Assembly (NCBI GenBank): GCA_965228895.1
Contig: OZ245842.1
Coordinates: 1,856,001 to 1,920,000 of the forward strand
DNA: 64,000 nt
Origin: Alphaproteobacteria bacterium
Lineage (GTDB): Bacteria > Pseudomonadota > Alphaproteobacteria > SP197
Direction of reading: 5' to 3'
In this document: positions 58,118 through 64,000 of the stretch, piece by piece
Numbering within the stretch: position 1 is the stretch's first letter
How the letters are laid out: each line of letters starts with the position of its first letter
Position numbers and translations under genes: made by a program
Notes under the pieces: generated by a model
The model's database searches: none
The model's input: only the letters and a program-made list of their open reading frames with translations
Told to the model about the DNA's origin: nothing

Positions 58118-59506
58118 ATGAGTGTGTCGGGCGCGTGGCCTATCAGCGACGATAACCGCAGATGGTGGGTCCTCGCAGCGATGAGCGGCGTCTTGAGCCT
58201 GGTCGTGCTCGACGAGACCGTGGTCGGTGTGGCGCTGGCCACGATCCGGCCCGAGCTCAACATGTCGGCGGTCGGCTCCCATTGGGTGGTCAACGCCTAC
58301 TTCCTGACCTTCACCTGTTTCGTCGCGGTCGGTGGACGACTGGGTGACAGTTTCGGCCTTAAAGGGCTTTTCATCGCGGGCGCGGCGATCTTCGGATTGG
58401 CGTCCCTGGTCGCGGGGTTCGCCCCGGATGGTGCGTCACTGATCGCGGCGCGTGCGGTGCAAGGTGTCGGTGCGGCCATCATACTTCCCGCTTCGCTGGC
58501 GATGATGACCAACAGCTTCGCCCTGGAGGAACGCGGCCTGGCGTTCGGCCTCCAGGCAACGATCGGCGGCACGTTCGCGGCGCTGGGCCCGCTGATCGGC
58601 GGGTACTTTTCCGAGTTCATTTCCTGGCGCTGGATCTTCTGGATCAACCTGCCGGTCGTCGCCGGGGTCATCGTGGTCGTGCTTGCGGCATGGAAACCGT
58701 CGCTTCAAGCCAAACACGAAGCGGCAGGTGGCGGCGGAAGCGCCATCGACTACCGCGGTCTGATAACGTTGCTCGTCGGCCTGTCGGCCCTGGTCATCGC
58801 GTTGATGCAGGCGACCGTATGGGGTTGGGACGCGCTGGCCACGATCATTCTGTTCTGTGGTGGCATTGCTCTGCTGATTGTCTTTACGTTCGTGGAAAAA
58901 AAGACGCCCGATCCCTTGATCGAGATCGATCTGTTGCGTATCGCGACCTTCGCCGGCGGCAATTTCGTGCTCTTCATGTTTCAGTTCCAGAAGCTCGCCG
59001 TTTTCGTGTTCGTCGCGCTCTATCTCCAGAACGTGCGGGGCGATTCGGCGATCGATGCGGGCCTCATCCTGCTGATTGCGGCGGTGCCGATACCGATCAT
59101 GTCGCGGTTCGCCGGCAAGGCAGCCGACCGGTTTGGCTCACGTTGGCCCCTGATGATTGCCCTGTTGCTGCAGGGTCTGGCGTTGATCGTCGTCGGCGTC
59201 GCCATGCATTCCGGCAACTTTTTCTGGCTCATCGTGCCGCTGATTGTCTGGGGCGCCGGTTTGCCGTTTACCGCGGTTGCAGCCCGGCGTGCGCTGATGA
59301 GCGCGGTGCCGGAGACGCAACGGGGCGAGGCGGGAGGAGTCATTCTGACGTCCCAAATGCTGGGTGGTACGGTCGGCGTGTTGTGCGGGACCGTGTTACT
59401 GGCGGCCGGCGATTTCGGCGATTACTTCCTGCTGACCGGCGCGCTGCTGCTTCTCGTTCTCGCCATCACCTACTTTTCAGTCGAGCGTGAAGGCCGATCA
59501 AGCTGA
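58118..59506 (+). CDS. MFS transporter (DHA2/EmrB-like)
   Basis: LDETVV.VAL..I, WVVNAY, GRLGD..G, RAVQGVG and WRWIFWINLP motifs. Confidence 0.92.
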   Translation: MSVSGAWPISDDNRRWWVLAAMSGVLSLVVLDETVVGVALATIRPELNMSAVGSHWVVNAYFLTFTCFVAVGGRLGDSFGLKGLFIAGAAIFGLASLVAGFAPDGASLIAARAVQGVGAAIILPASLAMMTNSFALEERGLAFGLQATIGGTFAALGPLIGGYFSEFISWRWIFWINLPVVAGVIVVVLAAWKPSLQAKHEAAGGGGSAIDYRGLITLLVGLSALVIALMQATVWGWDALATIILFCGGIALLIVFTFVEKKTPDPLIEIDLLRIATFAGGNFVLFMFQFQKLAVFVFVALYLQNVRGDSAIDAGLILLIAAVPIPIMSRFAGKAADRFGSRWPLMIALLLQGLALIVVGVAMHSGNFFWLIVPLIVWGAGLPFTAVAARRALMSAVPETQRGEAGGVILTSQMLGGTVGVLCGTVLLAAGDFGDYFLLTGALLLLVLAITYFSVEREGRSS

Positions 59507-59796
59507 GACGCGGAGAGCAAGGTCATTCAATCGGGCACCGCCGGGGCTGTCTGGATGACGTGCGCGCGACATGTTTATGATCGACCACGAGCACCGTGCG
59601 TGTTGAACTCAACTGCGATGGACGGGTTCGCGTCCTCGGCGTCCATTTGATTGCTCAGTCGTTGCGGTAGGCCGTGCCCATTAGCCACGTCGTCGGCGCG
59701 CCATCGGCACCGTGGCTTGCCGCCTGATCGATCGACTCAACTGTCAGCCCGGCCTTTTCGAGATATATGTGCAGGTCGGTTGCGATTGATGAACGA

Positions 59797-62565
59797 TTAC
59801 TCCGCCGCCTCGGCGATGGCGGCCTTTTCAACGCGTGCGGCGCAGAACTTGAACTCCGGGATCTTGCCGTAGGGGTCAAGCGCCGGGTTGGTCAGCGTGT
59901 TGGCGGCGGCTTCGGCATAGCAAAAGGGCACGAAGATCATGCCCGGCTGAATGCCGGCGTCGAGACGCGCCTTGGCCTCGATCGTGCCGCGCCGCGTCGA
60001 GATGCGGATCGGTTCACCGGGCGCCACGCCGAGGCGTTCCATGTCGACTGGCGCCATGGTGGCGATGGCTTCGGGTTCCAGCGAGTCCAGATAGGTCGCG
60101 CGCCGTGTCATGGCCCCGGTGTGCCAGTGCTCCAACTGGCGTCCGGTTGTCAGCACCATCGGATATTCGGCGTCCGGCAATTCGTCAGGTGAGACGATGT
60201 TCGCCGGCACCATTTTGCCGCGGCCCGTGGGTGTTGGGTACTCCTCGGAGAAGACGATCGGCTGGCCGGGATCGTCTTCGGAAAGGCAGGGGTAGATGAC
60301 CGCGTCCTCGCGCTCCAGGCGCTCCCACGTAATGCCGGTGATCGAGTGCATGGAACGGCGCATCTCGTCATAGACTTCGGCGATGTGCTCGTAGCGCCAG
60401 TCGAGGCCTATGCCGCGCGCAATCTCCTGGATGATTTCCCAATCCTGACGCGCTTCGCCGGGCATCTCGACGGCCTTGCGGCCGCGCTGCACCTGGCGGT
60501 TGGTGTTGGTGACCGTGCCGTCCTTTTCCGGCCAGGCGCTTGCCGGCAGGACCACGTCGGCATGCATGGCGGTCTCGGTCAGGAAGAGATCCTGGACAAC
60601 CAGCATATCGAGCTTGGCGAGCGCGTCTCGCGCGTGGTTCGCGTTGGGGTCCGACATCGCTGGGTTTTCGCCCATGATGTACATGCCCTTGATCTTGTCG
60701 GCATGGATCGCGTTCATGATCTCGACCACGGTCAGGCCCGGCTCCTTGTCCAGGACCGCGCCCCAGAACTCGCTGAACTTGTCGTGGACTTCCTGGTTGG
60801 AGACAGGCTGGTAGTCCGGATAGACCATCGGAATCAGACCGGCGTCTGATGCGCCCTGCACGTTGTTCTGGCCGCGCAGGGGGTGCAGGCCGCTGCCGGG
60901 CCGCCCTGTCTGGCCGCACATCAGCGCCAGCGCGATCAGGCAACGTGAGTTGTCGGTGCCGTGGATGTGCTGGCTGATGCCCATGCCCCAGAAGATCATC
61001 GCGCGCTCGGCCGTGCCGTACGTCCGCGCGACGTCGATCAAGGTATCGGCAGGAATGCCGCAGACCTCTTCCATGGCTCCCGGCGTGTAGTCCTCAAGGT
61101 GTTCCTTGAGTGCCTCGAACCCTTCGGTCATGCCCTGGATGTATTGCTCGTCATAGAGCTTTTCTTTCACGATGACATGCATGATCGCGTTCAGCATGGC
61201 GACGTCGGCGCCGGGCTTGAACTGCAGCATGTGGGTCGCGTGCTTGCGCAGTGCCTGGCCGCGCGGGTCCATGACGATCAGCTTGGCGCCATCCTTGACC
61301 GCCTGCTTAAAGAAGGTCGCGGCGACCGGATGATTCTCCGTCGGGTTGGCGCCGATGACGATAAAGACGTCAGACTTCATGGCTTCGGTGAACGGCGCCG
61401 TCACCGCGCCCGAGCCGATGGTCTCCATCAATGCGGCAACGGAACTGGCGTGACACAGCCGCGTGCAGTGGTCGACATTGTTGGTGCCGAAGCCGGTGCG
61501 CACGACTTTTTGGAAGAGATAAGCCTCTTCATTCGAACCTTTGGCCGAACCGAAACCGGCAAGCGCGTTGCCGCCGTTCTCGTCGATGATCTTCTTCAAT
61601 CCACCGGTCGCTTTTTCGAGGGCTTCTTCCCAAGTCGCCTCGCGGAAGTGGGTGAAAGGGTTGGCCGGGTCGATATCGATGTCGCCGCTCTTCGGCGCGT
61701 CGTCCAGGCGGATCAGCGGCTTGGTCAGCCGGTCCTCGTGTGTGATGTAGTCGAAGCCGAAGCGGCCCTTCACACAAAGTCGGCCGTGGTTCGACGGGCC
61801 CTCCTTGCCCTTGACGGCGACGATACGGTTGTCCTCGATCTGATAGGTCAGTTGGCAGCCGACACCGCAATAGGGGCAGACGCTATCGACTTCCTTTTTC
61901 GGTTTGGCTTTGCCGACGCCCTTGGCATCGACCATGGTCGCCGGCATCAGCGCGCCGGTCGGACAGGATTGCACGCACTCGCCACAGGCGACGCAGGTGG
62001 ACTCGCCCATGGGGTCGTCGAAGTCGAAGACAATCTTGGCGTGATTGCCGCGATAGGCCATGCCGATGACATCGTTGACCTGGATCTCGCGGCAAGCGCG
62101 AACGCAGCGGGTGCAGTGGATGCAGGCATCCAGATTGACCGCCATGGCCGGATGGCTGAAATCAGCGAGCGGTGTGCCGCGCGCCGGGAAGCGGCTGCCG
62201 TCCATGCCCAGTTCATCGGCCCAGTGCCAGAGTTCGGACTCCTGACTGTGCGCTTCGTCGCGTTCGGGCTGGTCGGCGACCAGCAGTTCCAAGACCATGT
62301 TGCGCGACGCCTCGGCACGTTCGGAACCCGTCTTGACCACCATGCCGTCGGCGGGTTCGCGAATGCATGAAGCCGCCAGCGTGCGTTCGCCCTCGATCTC
62401 GACCATGCACAGGCGGCAATTGCCGTCGGCGCGGTAGTCGGCCATCTCGGTGTAGCAGAGATGCGGGATTGTTTTGCCGTGGCGCTTGGCGACCTGCCAG
62501 ATGGTTTCGCCGGGCGCGGCGGTAACATCGTCGCCGTCGAGGTTGAAGGTGATCGGATCGCTCAC
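59797..62565 (-). CDS. NAD-dependent formate dehydrogenase alpha subunit (bis-MGD, Cys ligand)
   Basis: N-terminal 2Fe-2S and two 4Fe-4S motifs; CPYCGVGC, DHCTRLCH, RGQNNVQG and IPEFK motifs. Confidence 0.95.
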   Translation of the reverse strand: MSDPITFNLDGDDVTAAPGETIWQVAKRHGKTIPHLCYTEMADYRADGNCRLCMVEIEGERTLAASCIREPADGMVVKTGSERAEASRNMVLELLVADQPERDEAHSQESELWHWADELGMDGSRFPARGTPLADFSHPAMAVNLDACIHCTRCVRACREIQVNDVIGMAYRGNHAKIVFDFDDPMGESTCVACGECVQSCPTGALMPATMVDAKGVGKAKPKKEVDSVCPYCGVGCQLTYQIEDNRIVAVKGKEGPSNHGRLCVKGRFGFDYITHEDRLTKPLIRLDDAPKSGDIDIDPANPFTHFREATWEEALEKATGGLKKIIDENGGNALAGFGSAKGSNEEAYLFQKVVRTGFGTNNVDHCTRLCHASSVAALMETIGSGAVTAPFTEAMKSDVFIVIGANPTENHPVAATFFKQAVKDGAKLIVMDPRGQALRKHATHMLQFKPGADVAMLNAIMHVIVKEKLYDEQYIQGMTEGFEALKEHLEDYTPGAMEEVCGIPADTLIDVARTYGTAERAMIFWGMGISQHIHGTDNSRCLIALALMCGQTGRPGSGLHPLRGQNNVQGASDAGLIPMVYPDYQPVSNQEVHDKFSEFWGAVLDKEPGLTVVEIMNAIHADKIKGMYIMGENPAMSDPNANHARDALAKLDMLVVQDLFLTETAMHADVVLPASAWPEKDGTVTNTNRQVQRGRKAVEMPGEARQDWEIIQEIARGIGLDWRYEHIAEVYDEMRRSMHSITGITWERLEREDAVIYPCLSEDDPGQPIVFSEEYPTPTGRGKMVPANIVSPDELPDAEYPMVLTTGRQLEHWHTGAMTRRATYLDSLEPEAIATMAPVDMERLGVAPGEPIRISTRRGTIEAKARLDAGIQPGMIFVPFCYAEAAANTLTNPALDPYGKIPEFKFCAARVEKAAIAEAAE

Positions 62566-63998
62566 GATACGTCCTCCGGAAAATACTTCATCACCGTCAA
62601 GATGGGGTTGGGCGCGGCCTGGCCCAAGCCGCAGATCGACGCGTCAATCATGGTCGATGAGAGCTGATCGAGCAGATCCTTGTCCCACGCACCGCCGGAC
62701 ATCAGTTTGACCGCCTTTTCGCAGCCGACACGGCACGGCGTGCATTGGCCACAGCTTTCGTCCTCGAAGAACTTCATCAGGTTTATCGCGGCGTCCTTCA
62801 TGCTGTCCTTGTCGGACAGAATGACGATGGCGGCCGACCCGATCAGCGCGCCGTGGGGCTGCAAGGTGTCGAAGTCGAGTGGCACGTCGCCCAGCGAGAC
62901 CGGCAGGATGCCGCCTGACGCGCCGCCGGGCAGGTAACCTTTGAAGGTGTGACCGTCGGCCATGCCACCACAAAACTCGTCAATCAGTTCCTTCACCGTG
63001 ATGCCGGCGGGTGCCAGCTTGACGCCCGGCTCCTTGACGCGGCCGGACACCGAGAAGCTGCGCAGACCGACGCGGTCGTGGCGTCCGTGCTGCGTGAAAC
63101 TCTCAGGGCCGTTGTTCAAGATATCGGTGACCCAATAGAGCGTCTCGACGTTGTGAACCAGGGTCGGCTGGCCGAAGATGCCGATCTTGGCGACAAACGG
63201 CGGACGGTGACGCGGCAGGCCGCGCTTGCCCTCGATCGATTCGATCATCGCGGATTCTTCGCCGCAGATGTAAGCGCCGGCGCCGCGTCTGAGATGGATC
63301 TTGGTCCGCCGGTCCAGGCCGGCGTCGCGCACCTTCTGAAGTTCCTTTTCCAGGATCTCCAGCACGGCTGGATACTCGTCGCGCATGTAGATATAGACCG
63401 CCTCGGCCTCGACGACCCACGCGGCGATCAACATGCCTTCGATAAACTTGTGGGGTTCACGTTCGAGGTAATAGCGGTCCTTGAACGTGCCGGGTTCGCC
63501 CTCATCGCCGTTGACCGCCATCAGACGCGGCGTCGTTTCCATGCGTACGAACTTCCACTTGCGCCCCGCCGGGAAGCCGGCGCCGCCCAGGCCGCGCAGG
63601 TTCGATGCTTCCATGGTGGCGATCAGATCGTCGGGCTCGTGTTTGCCGGCCAGCACATCGCGCAAAAACGTGTAGCCGCCATCGGCAACGTAGGCGTCGT
63701 AATCCTGGTAGTCGGGGATCGGCGCATCGAGATCACCGACGGTGACGACGGCTTCGATCTTTTCCTTGTCGGCATGATCGATATCGTTGCGGCCGACCTT
63801 GGCGACCGGTGCCGTATCGCAGCGGCCCATGCACGGCGCGCGCACAACCCGAACATCCGGGCCGAGCTTGCCGTCGAGCGCGTCGATCAGGGCGTCGGCC
63901 CCCATCATTTCGCAGGTCAGGCTGTCGCAGACGCGGATGGTGATTGGCGCGGGCGGCGTCTCGCCTTCCTTCACCACGTCGAAGTGGTGGTAGAACGT
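62562..63998 (-). CDS. Formate dehydrogenase beta (NuoE/NuoF-like diaphorase) subunit, 5' partial
   Basis: RVCDSLTC...APC.GRC, GLGGAGFP, NGDEGEPGTFKD and ESCGQCTPC motifs; frame open to the window edge. Confidence 0.93.
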   Translation of the reverse strand, partial: TFYHHFDVVKEGETPPAPITIRVCDSLTCEMMGADALIDALDGKLGPDVRVVRAPCMGRCDTAPVAKVGRNDIDHADKEKIEAVVTVGDLDAPIPDYQDYDAYVADGGYTFLRDVLAGKHEPDDLIATMEASNLRGLGGAGFPAGRKWKFVRMETTPRLMAVNGDEGEPGTFKDRYYLEREPHKFIEGMLIAAWVVEAEAVYIYMRDEYPAVLEILEKELQKVRDAGLDRRTKIHLRRGAGAYICGEESAMIESIEGKRGLPRHRPPFVAKIGIFGQPTLVHNVETLYWVTDILNNGPESFTQHGRHDRVGLRSFSVSGRVKEPGVKLAPAGITVKELIDEFCGGMADGHTFKGYLPGGASGGILPVSLGDVPLDFDTLQPHGALIGSAAIVILSDKDSMKDAAINLMKFFEDESCGQCTPCRVGCEKAVKLMSGGAWDKDLLDQLSSTMIDASICGLGQAAPNPILTVMKYFPEDVS

Positions 63999-64000
63999 CG

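Noticed and set aside
59507-59796. Possible gene remnant between the MFS and FDH alpha genes
   Set aside because: Only a short protein-like stretch (YLEKAGLTVESI) with no credible start or recognisable family.
61441-61470. Selenocysteine in the FDH active site
   Set aside because: The ligand codon in RLCH is TGT (Cys) and the frame has no internal TGA.

Overview
GC-rich (roughly 60-65% by eye) chromosomal segment of an alphaproteobacterium, judged Rhodospirillales/Kiloniellales-like from gene content and intergenic repeats. It holds about 57 CDS and one tRNA-Leu(TAA). No CRISPR array, rRNA, integrase or transposase is visible. From left to right: a CinA-like Mo-pterin-binding protein; a DUF2946 (CxxC...RGPP) leader ORF ahead of a PCu(A)C copper chaperone; a DUF1127 small protein; tRNA-Leu followed by a ~5.1 kb accessory islet that ends in a degenerate copy of the tRNA 3' end; a B12-radical SAM enzyme and an acetoacetate-decarboxylase-like gene; a yeeE/yedE pair and hemN, each with an FNR/FixK box; an oxygenase-rich catabolic block (RidA, PhyH, atypical ACAD, TauD, Rieske, ureohydrolase, LysR, desaturase-like); two PPIases; a PAS-GGDEF-EAL protein; an orphan family-5 SBP; PhoX; BKACE; an MlrC peptidase; an Mla/MCE operon; DUF1636 with a BBE-like oxidase; NAD kinase; a histamine/TMA dehydrogenase-like flavoprotein; and moaA, fdhD, mobA and a two-subunit NAD-dependent formate dehydrogenase. 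The best leads are the putative copper-sensing ribosome-arrest leader, the uncharacterised oxygenase/ureohydrolase cluster, the decayed tRNA-anchored islet, a predicted leaderless FNR-activated hemN mRNA and several structured intergenic elements. All family assignments come from motif recognition by eye, not from database searches.
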